Source: Thermodesulfovibrionia bacterium
Lineage (GTDB): Bacteria > Nitrospirota > Thermodesulfovibrionia > UBA6902 > BMS3Bbin08
Assembly: GCA_030694425.1 (NCBI GenBank)
Contig: JAUXYI010000063.1
Coordinates: 57,150-121,149 of the forward strand
Direction of reading: 5' to 3'
Length of the DNA: 64,000 nucleotides
The position numbers and the translations under genes are program-made. The notes beneath the pieces are model-generated. The model was given only the letters and a program-made list of their open reading frames with translations, made no database searches and had not been told where the DNA came from. This document shows positions 38,215 to 47,743 of this stretch, in pieces. Numbering within the stretch: position 1 is the first letter of the stretch; each line of letters begins with the position of its first letter.

Positions 38215-39318
38215 TTAGATGTCAATTGCTTCTATGATTTGAGTTTTGATTTTCTCGATACTTCTCTCTGTTGAAACTTTAATATCGTCCCAAATTTTAT
38301 TGTCAAGAAGCATTTTTAATTTTTCTTCTACGGCCTCCCACTTAATCTTGTCTGTCTCACAATATGCTGCACCTAAAGAATTATCGCCGCCACCTGCTTG
38401 CATAAGTATCTTCCCAGCAAAATAACCCAATGTTTCAAAAGGATGGCGTTTACAAATATTTTTAACGTGCTCCTGTTTTGATTTATCCTCAGAAGTTTTC
38501 GGTTTATGCATCCAATTTGGTTTTATAAGAATGCTGGTAATCAAGTTTGTAATTTTATTGACGTTTTCAACTTCTTCTTCTCTCAGGCTTAAAGATTTTT
38601 CAACAGGCGTAGTTTTTATTAACTGTTGCAAAAAAAATCCTAAATTTATGCTTGTAATTGGGGCATCCTTGCTCTGCCTGTCACTAATAAATTTACTTAT
38701 TAGGCTTTGTTCATGATCAATTACTTGTTGAATCATTCTTGAGATCAGGTATTTCTTAATGTCTCCGGGACTATAAATTCCAAGATGTTCGAAAACTTTA
38801 ATTTCATTTATTTCTGTGTTTGGATCTGCATCTTCCAAGTCATCTTTAGTTGACAACAGAATATCCTTTACCTTTCTTGCTAAATCGCCACCACTCAATG
38901 CTTTAGCACGATCTTCTCTATTTGCCTCTATACCGCACAGTAAAGCCAACTGTTTATCCATATTGATATAGACAATGCAGGGGATTTTTTCCATTTTAAG
39001 AATATCTTTACAAGCTCGCCACCTATGTTGGCCTTCTGTGACTAGAATTTTATTTGTCTTTTCATCAAGCCTGCATAGAATTGGTTGCATAAGAATTTTT
39101 CTGTTAATGCTCCTAGCAATTTTTTTTGCTTGGTTTTCATTAAAAGTTCGGGGTTGAGCGTCTTCGTCACGTTCTAACTCATTCACATCTATACAGTCCA
39201 GAAAAAATTTATGCCCCTTCATTTCATATATGGGCACTTCGTAAGAACCGCGTCCATCCTGTCTATAATGCGGCTTGCCAGTATATGTGCAACTTGCTGT
39301 CATCTTCTTGTCGAGCAT
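38215..39318 (-). CDS. DGQHR-domain (DndB-like, ParB/Srx fold) protein
   Basis: TEGQHRW motif in an N-terminal ParB-like fold. 367 aa. Standalone, next to a restriction-modification system. Confidence 0.65.
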   Translation of the reverse strand: MLDKKMTASCTYTGKPHYRQDGRGSYEVPIYEMKGHKFFLDCIDVNELERDEDAQPRTFNENQAKKIARSINRKILMQPILCRLDEKTNKILVTEGQHRWRACKDILKMEKIPCIVYINMDKQLALLCGIEANREDRAKALSGGDLARKVKDILLSTKDDLEDADPNTEINEIKVFEHLGIYSPGDIKKYLISRMIQQVIDHEQSLISKFISDRQSKDAPITSINLGFFLQQLIKTTPVEKSLSLREEEVENVNKITNLITSILIKPNWMHKPKTSEDKSKQEHVKNICKRHPFETLGYFAGKILMQAGGGDNSLGAAYCETDKIKWEAVEEKLKMLLDNKIWDDIKVSTERSIEKIKTQIIEAIDI

Positions 39319-39505
39319 ATTAACCTCCTATCATTATTATCGCTAATCATTAATATTGTATATCATTGTTAATGACGTGTCAAGAAAAAAATATTGAATA
39401 TCAATGTGTTGGTTAAATGCTTAGGTTTATTTAGGCGGCTTACCTAAAAGAACTATCGACCAAAATTATAAACATTTTCAGGTCCATAGCATTGCGTAGC
39501 GGTTT

Positions 39506-40255
39506 TTATAGGTTATTTACAACAATATCCTCCAATAAACCTTCAGTCAGCATTTTCAAATTGAGAAGATATTCTATATGATTAAATGTTTCTTCTAACG
39601 GTCTGCTTGTCGATTGCCAACCGATTCCGTCAGTGATCCAGACAAATTTATGCCTATCCTTTGTAAGAAAATCATAAAGAGCCTTGTATTCCCCCGCAGT
39701 AGATTTAAGTTTTGAACCTCCACCGCCATAGTAGTTTGTTTCTATAAGATAAAGTGACTTGCCATTATATACGGCAAAATCGAATCGTCTGCTTGATTTA
39801 TCAACTCCGAGTTTTAGTCCCCACTGTTCTAAAACTTTTTCAGCAGTTGCTTCTTTAATATATTTAAAATCGTGACTGGTACAAATCTCTTTTACAAAAT
39901 TTTCTGTAACTTTTTCCATGGCTGTTCCGCCACGGTTTTTCCGTCCATTGCTATCGAGCCCGACTTCAATTCCTATTGTGTAATCAACAACATTTTTAAT
40001 AGTTTTGTCTTTGAATATTTTCAACAAACCACTTTTTTGAGCAAAACGGACAGCTTTTGAAATTTCGGGATCGGAAAGATTTTTCTTCTCCTCAAATGAA
40101 AAATCTTCATACTTAAGATTCCCCTCAGAAAGATCTGTGAGGATTTTAAACTTATTCTCTCTACATGCAAGAAGGACAGGAATTAATCTCACAATCTGTG
40201 GATGCTTTTTTAAGAGATAGCCAAACTCTTTTTGGATATTTTCTTTACCGATCAA
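39506..40255 (-). CDS. type II restriction endonuclease, DpnII/MboI family (GATC-type predicted)
   Basis: VDYTIGIEVGLDSNGRKNRGG...IETNYYGGGGSKL...FVWITDGIGW matches the DpnII family. The annotated TTG start lacks about 60 aa of family N-terminal homology. That homology continues in frame up to about 40430, with no ATG or GTG, and overlaps the methyltransferase 3' end. Confidence 0.7.
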   Translation of the reverse strand: MIGKENIQKEFGYLLKKHPQIVRLIPVLLACRENKFKILTDLSEGNLKYEDFSFEEKKNLSDPEISKAVRFAQKSGLLKIFKDKTIKNVVDYTIGIEVGLDSNGRKNRGGTAMEKVTENFVKEICTSHDFKYIKEATAEKVLEQWGLKLGVDKSSRRFDFAVYNGKSLYLIETNYYGGGGSKLKSTAGEYKALYDFLTKDRHKFVWITDGIGWQSTSRPLEETFNHIEYLLNLKMLTEGLLEDIVVNNL

Positions 40256-40449
40256 ATAGTTAAGAATATTTAAGTCTACCTCTAAGTCTTTAGTATTACC
40301 AATAACTTTTTTCCAATTTACAAAATAATCCCAATATCTTATAGAATCGTTGAGATTGTTTATGAGGTAAGCAAAAACTTCCGTTGTGTTATTACAGTCG
40401 ATTTTCTTTTTTAATATAGAATAATATTTAATCTGCTTTCGACCTTTTT

Positions 40450-41382
40450 TTAATCTGGTAAGTTGGTTACTTTATTTTCAATTGCTTCTTCCAATCTTTT
40501 CTTAGAAAGCTGAAGATATTCCTCCTCCAACTCAATCCCAACATATTTTCTATTAAGTAGAACTGCTGCTACGCCTGTTGTTGAACTGCCACAAAACGGG
40601 TCTAAAACCAAGTCGCCTTCTTTTGTAGAGGCTTGAATTATTCTTTTTAAAAGCTCTACTGGTTTTTGTGTTGGATGTTTCCCAAACTTTTTTTCCTCGG
40701 CTGGTGGAGCTGAAATTTCCCACACATTGCGCATTTGTTTACCGTTATTCATTTTTTTCATCAATTTATAATCAAAGTAATGTTTGCTCTTTTCATTCTT
40801 TGCTGCCCATAAAACTATCTCTGTGGAATGGGTAAAGTATCTGCATGAAAGATTTGGTGGAGCATTACGTTTATACCAGATGATATCATTGAGAATTTTG
40901 TATCCGAGTTCCTGCATGGCAAAACCAACTAAGTAAATAATGTGTGTTGTTCCAGATACCCAAATAGTGCCGTTAGGTTTTAAAACTCGTTGACAAGCCT
41001 TTAACCATTCAAGAGTAAATTTGTGATTTTCTTCTATGCCTTTTGACTTATCCCATTTTCCTTTATTAACAGACACCATTTTCCCTGCATGGCAAGTAAT
41101 ACCTCCGTTGGAAAGACAATAAGGCGGGTCGGCAAAGATCATGTCAACACTGTTTTCTCTTGCCTGATTAAGTATTTCTACACAGTCTCCTTTGAGGAGT
41201 CTTACCGAATGTTCAGGATTGTCATAATAACGGGTAAATAGTTTTTTCTTCCCATAGATTGCTGTTTCTTCGGAGATATAGAATTCAATAGGATTTACTT
41301 TATAGCTATGGATTAATTCCCTTTTTTTCTTTGCTGATAATACCGGGGACTTATTACTTTTTTTTCTTTTCATTAATTTCAT
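40450..41382 (-). CDS. beta-class DNA methyltransferase (N6-adenine/N4-cytosine; DpnA/MboIB-like)
   Basis: Motif IV DPPY (IFADPPYCLSNGG) precedes motif I (DPFCGSSTTG). Confidence 0.85.
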   Translation of the reverse strand: MKLMKRKKSNKSPVLSAKKKRELIHSYKVNPIEFYISEETAIYGKKKLFTRYYDNPEHSVRLLKGDCVEILNQARENSVDMIFADPPYCLSNGGITCHAGKMVSVNKGKWDKSKGIEENHKFTLEWLKACQRVLKPNGTIWVSGTTHIIYLVGFAMQELGYKILNDIIWYKRNAPPNLSCRYFTHSTEIVLWAAKNEKSKHYFDYKLMKKMNNGKQMRNVWEISAPPAEEKKFGKHPTQKPVELLKRIIQASTKEGDLVLDPFCGSSTTGVAAVLLNRKYVGIELEEEYLQLSKKRLEEAIENKVTNLPD

Positions 41383-41608
41383 TAAATAAATCGCTGATTT
41401 TTACGTTTAATGCCCGTGCTATCTTTGAAATATTCTCAAGGGAGATATTCCTTTCCCCGCGTTCAACACTTCCGATATATGTCCTGTGAAGTCCGCAAAG
41501 GTCAGAGAGCTTTTCTTGAGTCATATTCATGGATTCACGAATAAGACGTATGTTTTTCCCGAATATCTTCTTAATGTCAGACATATTGCTGATCAAATTG
41601 TTGATCAA
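41354..41608 (-). CDS. XRE-family HTH controller (C) protein of the restriction-modification system
   Basis: HTH_3 pattern. Sits immediately upstream of the methyltransferase with an overlap. Confidence 0.65.
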   Translation of the reverse strand: MINNLISNMSDIKKIFGKNIRLIRESMNMTQEKLSDLCGLHRTYIGSVERGERNISLENISKIARALNVKISDLFNEINEKKKK

Positions 41609-42083
41609 TTGATGCCTATAAGTCTACAGACTATAAGTATCATTTTAATCGGGGAATTCTCCACTTTCCTTAAGGGTATAATTTTTGTTCGTTATGCCTG
41701 CAACAGCCTGAATACAAAAGAAAAAAGATACTGGATTCCGCCTCAAGTGCGGAATGACAGGCTTATTATGATTTCACAAGAAAGAACAAATTCTATATCC
41801 CTCTTGCTTACAAAGTCATGGAACGGTTTTTAAAGGTCGGCTTTGTTTTGAGGGAGGACATTATCAAACTCCAGCATAACTGCAAGGCAACAGGTTTCTG
41901 GTCACAGACTCGTAGAGGTAAAAAAGTCTAAACTCTACAATTTTCTTTTAATAATGCATGAACATATTTTTGTATTTCAGAAAGTGCAGTAGCGCAGAAG
42001 AGCGGAAGTAAAATACCCCTCACCCTTACCCTCTCCCGCAAGGGGAGAGGGGTATTAGCTGAAAAACCTGCAAATTCGACAGT

Positions 42084-42122
42084 CTCGTCGCCAGAGAAAC
42101 AGGGAAAGCGGTTTATCTGTAA
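42084..42122. repeat. 35-bp cassette boundary repeat (TCGCCAGAGAA...GTTTATCTGTAA) copy 1
   Basis: Three copies precede or follow each toxin-antitoxin unit in 42.0-43.7 kb. Confidence 0.5.
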
Positions 42123-42145
42123 AATATAACTTCCATATTAGTAAT

Positions 42146-42412
42146 ATGCTAAAATATAAACACTCGGAGGTTATTATGCAAAAAACAATAGATGCAATAT
42201 ATGAAGATGGTGTTTTTAAGCCGACAAAAAAGGTTGCTATACGGGAGCATACTAAATTAAAACTTGTTGTACTTAAAGAGGATAAAGACGCCGGGATTGT
42301 TGCAAAGAAACAGTCCGGGGCGCTTCTTTCGCTCGCTGGTATCTGGGAAAGCGGGGTCATGAATGTAAGTGAAGAACATGACAAATACCTTTACGGAACT
42401 TCCCCAAAATAA
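42146..42412 (+). CDS. antitoxin, AF2212/DUF104-like (AIYEDGVFKP motif)
   Basis: N-terminal motif typical of VapB-type antitoxins of this family. Confidence 0.5.
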   Translation: MLKYKHSEVIMQKTIDAIYEDGVFKPTKKVAIREHTKLKLVVLKEDKDAGIVAKKQSGALLSLAGIWESGVMNVSEEHDKYLYGTSPK

Positions 42413-42600
42413 TTGATTTAATTCTTGTTGACACATCTGCCTATTACGCCATCTTTGATAAGTCTGATAAAAACCACAGTAAAGCAAAAAATTTTCTGAA
42501 AAAGAATGTATTCCCTTTAATTACAACCTTATCGCCAGAGAAGTCACCAAAGCAGTTTATCTGTAAAAAATCGCTTGATTTTTTGAGACAAGTGATATAA
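42409..42600 (+). pseudogene. PIN-domain VapC, lacks canonical start and is 3'-truncated by a boundary repeat
   Basis: IDLILVDTSAYYAIFDKSDKNHSKAKNFL is a PIN N-terminus. The rest is a translation of the 35-bp repeat, then a stop. Confidence 0.45.
42529..42566. repeat. 35-bp cassette boundary repeat copy 2
   Basis: ATCGCCAGAGAAGTCACCAAAGCAGTTTATCTGTAA. Confidence 0.5.
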
Positions 42601-42603
42601 TAT

Positions 42604-43161
42604 TTGATACAAATGTATCAGAAAATTATACAGCTTAAAGTGCTCTCTCTTTTTATGGATAACCCATACGAAAAATACTATCTCAGAGAAGCAGCGAGAC
42701 TCCTTAAAATCAGCCCAATGACACTTAAGCGTTCTCTTGATTTCCTCATAAAAAACAAGCTCATCCTGAAAGATACAGTAAAAAACCAGATTCTCTATTT
42801 CGCCAATGCGCAGAATCCCGCATTCAGATACCTTAAAATTTCCTATAACCTTTCATGGCTTGTGAATAAAAAATTAGTAGAGTTTATGAGGAAAGAAATA
42901 CCAGAGGCAAGCGCTATCGTACTTTATGGAAGTTTTGCAAAAGGCGAAAATGATGGTAATAGCGATATAGATATCCTTATCATCTCTACTGTAAAAAGGA
43001 GCATATCCAATGATGTCTCTGAACTGCTCGGTAAAGATGTTAATCTGTCTTCCTTCAGCCCTGCACAATGGAGCAAGCAAGCTAAAACCAACAGGGCGTT
43101 TTATCTTGACGTTATAACAGAAGGGATTGTTCTTTACGGTACGAGGCCGGTGGCTGAATGA
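42604..43161 (+). CDS. nucleotidyltransferase (MNT-type) with N-terminal wHTH
   Basis: LYGSFAKGENDGNSDIDILII (GS...D.D motif). Confidence 0.7.
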   Translation: MIQMYQKIIQLKVLSLFMDNPYEKYYLREAARLLKISPMTLKRSLDFLIKNKLILKDTVKNQILYFANAQNPAFRYLKISYNLSWLVNKKLVEFMRKEIPEASAIVLYGSFAKGENDGNSDIDILIISTVKRSISNDVSELLGKDVNLSSFSPAQWSKQAKTNRAFYLDVITEGIVLYGTRPVAE

Positions 43162-43592
43162 ATATAAAAGAATGTTTTGAAAAAAGGCTCTTAAGAAAAG
43201 GACGGCCTGATCGACTTAAAAGCGAAAAGGCACTTGAAATAGCAAAGAAAAATGTTGGAAAAGCAGAGCGTCTGCTAAAACATGGTTTTTATTCTGAGGC
43301 GATTATCACAGCCTATACTGCTATGTTTCAGTCTGCAAGGGCTTTGCTTTTTAAAGATGGTATTTTTGAGCGCAGCCATTATTGTGTTGTTGAATACCTT
43401 AAAGAGAATTATGTAAAAAAGTATCTTCTTTCACACGACTATCTTCACTCTATAGATGTTTATAGAACACAACGGCACGAGGCGCTTTATGGTCTTGAGG
43501 AGGTTTCTTACGAAAAGATTGAAGTGGAAGATGCAATTGAAAAAACAAAAAAGTTTATTAAGGCAATTTCAAAGATAATAAGTGAGAAGTAA
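43158..43592 (+). CDS. HEPN domain protein (partner of MNT)
   Basis: 4-nt overlap with the nucleotidyltransferase. HEPN-like helical pattern with the R...H region. Confidence 0.6.
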   Translation: MNIKECFEKRLLRKGRPDRLKSEKALEIAKKNVGKAERLLKHGFYSEAIITAYTAMFQSARALLFKDGIFERSHYCVVEYLKENYVKKYLLSHDYLHSIDVYRTQRHEALYGLEEVSYEKIEVEDAIEKTKKFIKAISKIISEK

Positions 43593-43627
43593 ATCCCTAT
43601 ATCTTAAAAGCTACAAATTCCACAATC

Positions 43628-43665
43628 TTGTCGCCAGAGAAGTCACCAAAGCAGTTTATCTGTAA
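43628..43665. repeat. 35-bp cassette boundary repeat copy 3
   Basis: TTGTCGCCAGAGAAGTCACCAAAGCAGTTTATCTGTAA. Confidence 0.5.
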
Positions 43666-43739
43666 GTCGTAGTTATTTATTTAAAAATCTATTGACGCGG
43701 TGTATTATAAGTGATACACTATTTGAGGAGGTAAACATT

Positions 43740-43964
43740 ATGCCAACAAAAAATCCAAGAATTAATGTTGTTCTGGAAGAACCTATTTATCATAACATTG
43801 AACGCCTTGCAAAGAGGGATGGAGTTTCTTTGTCTCTTAAGGTGCGTGACCTTGTAAGAGAGGCTCTGGAAATCGAGGAGGATATTGTACTGTCGCATTT
43901 CGCTGAAAAGAGGGAAAAAACCTTTGAAAAGAAAAAATCCTTAAAACATGATGAGGTTTGGTAG
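43740..43964 (+). CDS. ribbon-helix-helix (CopG/ParD-like) antitoxin
   Basis: GAGGAGGT ribosome-binding site before the ATG at 43740. The ORF-track start at 43692 lies inside the promoter. Confidence 0.6.
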   Translation: MPTKNPRINVVLEEPIYHNIERLAKRDGVSLSLKVRDLVREALEIEEDIVLSHFAEKREKTFEKKKSLKHDEVW

Positions 43965-44242
43965 ATTTGTCTTTTGAGCTAAGATACCACCCTGATGTTA
44001 AAGCGATTGATATACCACGCCTTAATGTAACCCTGAGAAAACGTATTAAAAACGCAATAGAAACCCGACTTATGACAGCTCCCCACCAATATGGGGAACC
44101 ATTAAGAAAGACACTTAAAGGATACTGGAAACTTAGAGTTGGAGACTATAGGGTTGTTTTTAAGATATCAGGGAATGAAGTCAGAATATACGGTATTATT
44201 AATCGAAAAGATGTATATGAAAAGATATTTAAAAGGTTGTGA
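43958..44242 (+). CDS. relE: RelE/ParE family toxin
   Basis: KLRVGDYRVVFKISGNEVRIYGIINRKDVY. Confidence 0.7.
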   Translation: MVDLSFELRYHPDVKAIDIPRLNVTLRKRIKNAIETRLMTAPHQYGEPLRKTLKGYWKLRVGDYRVVFKISGNEVRIYGIINRKDVYEKIFKRL

Positions 44243-44332
44243 TTACATTAAGCCCTGCAGGAGAATATAAGAAAGAGAGGCAGGTAGTTTAATTCAGTTG
44301 TTTTCAATTGCAAATTGCAGTAAAATTTCCTC

Positions 44333-46486
44333 ATGGAAAAAGTTCCCACAATATGTCCATACTGCGGCTGTGGCTGCGGTCTTTATCTCCATGTTGATAA
44401 AGGCATTATATGCGGTGTCTCTCCAAGCAGAAACCATCCGGTAAGCAAAGGCAGTCTCTGCGTTAAAGGCTGGAACTGCTATGAATTTATCCAGCACCCT
44501 GACAGGCTTACAAAACCACTTATTAGAATAAATTCTAAAGAACATACAACGTCAAAAAAAAATCCCCCCTTACCCCCCTTTAGCAAAGGGGGGCGTGGGG
44601 GGATTAACTCGTCACTCGTTACCCATAACTCATCACTATTCCGTGAGGCCTCATGGGATGAGGCTCTAAGTTATATCGCTAAAAAACTCACAAAGATAAA
44701 AAATACTTCTGGTCCGGATTCTATCGGGGTCCTGAGCTCCGCCAAATGCACGAACGAAGAAAATTACCTGATGATGAAATTTGCAAGGGCAGTATTAGGG
44801 ACAAATAACATTGACCACTGTGCAAGGCTCTGCCATTCATCCACATTAGGCGGCCTTGCAAGCACATTTGGTTCAGGAGCAATGACTAATTCAATAAGCG
44901 AGATAGCAGATGCCAGGGTTATTTTTGTCATAGGTTCAAATACCACTGAACAGCATCCAATGATAGGGATGCACATGCTTGATGCCGTGAACAGAGGTGC
45001 TATATTGATGGTTGCCGACCCCAGAAGGAACATGATTGCAGAGCTTGCGCATATTCACTTGAAGCATAAGAGCGGTACAGATGTGGCGCTGCTTAACAGC
45101 ATAATGAATGTCATTATTAATGAAGGGCTTGTTGATATCGCATTTATAAAAAGAAGAACAGAGAATTTTGACGAGTTTGAGAAGGTTATAAGCAAATATT
45201 CGCCAGACATAGGTGAGGCTATAACAGGTGTTTCAGCAGATGATATAAGAAAGGTTGCGAGGATGTATGCAGCAGAAACCAGGTCTATGCTGTTTTTTTC
45301 AATGGGGATAACACAGCACATTACCGGTGTTGATAATGTTCGTGCTTGTGCCAACCTTGCAATGCTTACTGCGCATGTTGGACATGCTATGACAGGGCTT
45401 AATCCTCTGAGGGGACAGAATAATGTGCAGGGTTCATGCGACATGGGGGCAATTCCAGAGGTATATTCAGGCTATCAGAATGTTAAGGACGCATCAGCAA
45501 GGAAAAAATTTGAGGCCGCGTGGGGAGTAAGCCTTCCCAAAAAGTCAGGACTTACGCTTATAGAAATGCTGAACGCCTCCCGAAGAAACAAGTTAAAGGC
45601 AATGTATATCATGGGCGAAAATCCCGTTATATCAGACCCGGATGTAAAGCACACTATTGAGGCGCTAAAAAAGCTTAATTTTTTAATTGTACAGGATATA
45701 TTTATGACAGAAACTGCTAAATTTGCACATGTTGTTCTTCCCGCGGCAAGTTTTGCCGAGAAGGAAGGGACTTTTACAAATACAGAAAGAAGGGTGCAGA
45801 AGATCAGGAAAGCAATTGAACCTGCCGGCAAAGCAATGCCCGACTGGCAGATAATATGCGAACTCTCAAAGAAGATGGGATATAACATGGATTATAAAGC
45901 GCCTTATGAGGTAATGGAGGAAATAGCGCTTCTTACCCCATCATACAGGGGCATACTGCATCACAGGCTTGATGACGGCTATGGTCTGCAGTGGCCATGC
46001 ACAGATGTTAATCATCCCGGCACCCAGTTTTTGCACAGAAAAAAATTTGCAAGAGGACTTGGCTCATTTATACCTGTTCATTACCTCCCTCCTGACGAGC
46101 AGCCTGATGAAAAATATCCATTTATTCTTACAACCGGAAGGAGTTACTTCCAGTACCATACAGGAACCATGACCAGAAGAACCACAACACTTGAGAGAGA
46201 ACAGCCAGAATGCACTGTGGAGATTAATGCTGAGGATGCAGAGCAGTTTGGCATTAAGAACAGGGCCAAGATAAAGGTTTCAACAAGGAGAGGCAGCATA
46301 GAGGCTGTTGCAGATGTCACTGATAAGATAATTCCGGGCACTATTTTTATCCCTTTTCATTTTCATGAAGCATCAGCGAATGTGCTTACAAATCCTGCCC
46401 TTGACCCTTATGCAAAAATCCCGGAATATAAAGTATGCGCTGCAAAGGTAGAAAGGATACATGAAGAAAGACCTTATATTAAATAA
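44333..46486 (+). CDS. fdhA: formate dehydrogenase alpha subunit (molybdopterin oxidoreductase), Cys-type
   Basis: N-terminal 4Fe-4S motif CPYCGCGCG. HCARLCHSS has Cys at the position of the selenocysteine/cysteine ligand. In-frame C/G hairpin insertion at 44555-44640. Confidence 0.85.
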   Translation: MEKVPTICPYCGCGCGLYLHVDKGIICGVSPSRNHPVSKGSLCVKGWNCYEFIQHPDRLTKPLIRINSKEHTTSKKNPPLPPFSKGGRGGINSSLVTHNSSLFREASWDEALSYIAKKLTKIKNTSGPDSIGVLSSAKCTNEENYLMMKFARAVLGTNNIDHCARLCHSSTLGGLASTFGSGAMTNSISEIADARVIFVIGSNTTEQHPMIGMHMLDAVNRGAILMVADPRRNMIAELAHIHLKHKSGTDVALLNSIMNVIINEGLVDIAFIKRRTENFDEFEKVISKYSPDIGEAITGVSADDIRKVARMYAAETRSMLFFSMGITQHITGVDNVRACANLAMLTAHVGHAMTGLNPLRGQNNVQGSCDMGAIPEVYSGYQNVKDASARKKFEAAWGVSLPKKSGLTLIEMLNASRRNKLKAMYIMGENPVISDPDVKHTIEALKKLNFLIVQDIFMTETAKFAHVVLPAASFAEKEGTFTNTERRVQKIRKAIEPAGKAMPDWQIICELSKKMGYNMDYKAPYEVMEEIALLTPSYRGILHHRLDDGYGLQWPCTDVNHPGTQFLHRKKFARGLGSFIPVHYLPPDEQPDEKYPFILTTGRSYFQYHTGTMTRRTTTLEREQPECTVEINAEDAEQFGIKNRAKIKVSTRRGSIEAVADVTDKIIPGTIFIPFHFHEASANVLTNPALDPYAKIPEYKVCAAKVERIHEERPYIK

Positions 46487-47588
46487 AAATTACCTCTCCT
46501 ATTGGCTCCGTCAGTTAAGGAAAGAAATGCAGCTCATAGGGCCGATGAGGGGCTTCAAAGGAGATTTTGTTTTCAAGAGCATTGGGCAGATTCATGAGAT
46601 TAGCCTTGACTGTCCCGCATCTGCGCCTTTGCCGAAGGAATTTGTATTCCCCCATGTTGAAGAAATGTTTGAAAAAGTTTTTTCAGAGCAAGAAATTAAA
46701 GACCTACAAAATAATGACAAGAGGATTATCTTCGGCATAAGACCGTGTGATATGTCAGCAATAAATCTGATTGATAGATTTTACAGCAGCAAGTTTGAAT
46801 CATCTTATGACCTCGCACATCCAAACAGGAAATCTGAAGACAGCTATTATATGGCAAGAAGGAGGAATACTGTATTTATTTCCATCGGGTGCAATAATCC
46901 TGACCCTACATGTTTTTGTAACAGTGTAGGCACAGGGCCGTTTCTTGAAAGCGGGTTTGATGTTCAGCTTACAGATTTAGGTGATAGATATTTTGTCCAG
47001 ACAGGTTCTAAGGCAGGTAAAACCATTACAAATTCTTACAGGTATTTATTTGAAGAGGCACAAAGACAGGACTACGATGATCAGTATGAAATTATGCTCA
47101 GCGCCCTGACAAAGTTTGAAAAAAGAATCAATCTTGAGGAGACAAGACAGAAAATCCTTGCGGGCAAAGTAAGAGATTCTTTCTGGGAGTGGGTCAGTAC
47201 AAGATGTTTTGAATGCGGAGGTTGTGTTTATGAATGCCCTGTGTGCACATGTTTTAATATTGTGGAAAGGACTGAGACAGATAAATCCCCCCGTCCTCCT
47301 CTACGAGCCATGGCATTTACTAAGGGGGGGCAAGGGGGGATTAAAGGGAAAAGAATCAGGATATGGGATACATGCTTTTTTAAGGGATTTACCCGAATGG
47401 CGGGAGGCAATATCCCTGCTGAGAAAAAAGTCATGAGGACAAAGAGGTGGTGGTTTCATAAGCTGCTTTATTATCCTGAGCAGTTTAAACGATTCGGATG
47501 TGTTGGCTGCGGCAGATGCACAATTACATGCCCCGGCAGGATTGATATTGCAACTATATCACAGAAGATAAAAGTGGAGATTAAATAA
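46461..47588 (+). CDS. 4Fe-4S cluster electron-transfer subunit (sulfhydrogenase beta / AsrA-like)
   Basis: CFECGGCVYECPVC and CVGCGRCTITCP. In-frame insertion at 47280-47350. Confidence 0.55.
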   Translation: MKKDLILNKNYLSYWLRQLRKEMQLIGPMRGFKGDFVFKSIGQIHEISLDCPASAPLPKEFVFPHVEEMFEKVFSEQEIKDLQNNDKRIIFGIRPCDMSAINLIDRFYSSKFESSYDLAHPNRKSEDSYYMARRRNTVFISIGCNNPDPTCFCNSVGTGPFLESGFDVQLTDLGDRYFVQTGSKAGKTITNSYRYLFEEAQRQDYDDQYEIMLSALTKFEKRINLEETRQKILAGKVRDSFWEWVSTRCFECGGCVYECPVCTCFNIVERTETDKSPRPPLRAMAFTKGGQGGIKGKRIRIWDTCFFKGFTRMAGGNIPAEKKVMRTKRWWFHKLLYYPEQFKRFGCVGCGRCTITCPGRIDIATISQKIKVEIK

Positions 47589-47743
47589 ATGCAAAAATTA
47601 AAAATCAAAAGTCAAAATTATGGAGAAAATATTTTAAGTTTAAAAAATAAAACTTCCTTAATTTTGATTTTTTATTTTTACATTTTAATTTTTATTTGGC
47701 ATTTGAGCTTTAACATTTGAAATTTATACAAGGGAACTATTAA

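Noticed and set aside
44294-44545. 83-aa minus-strand ORF
   Set aside because: Antisense overlap with the well-supported fdhA start.
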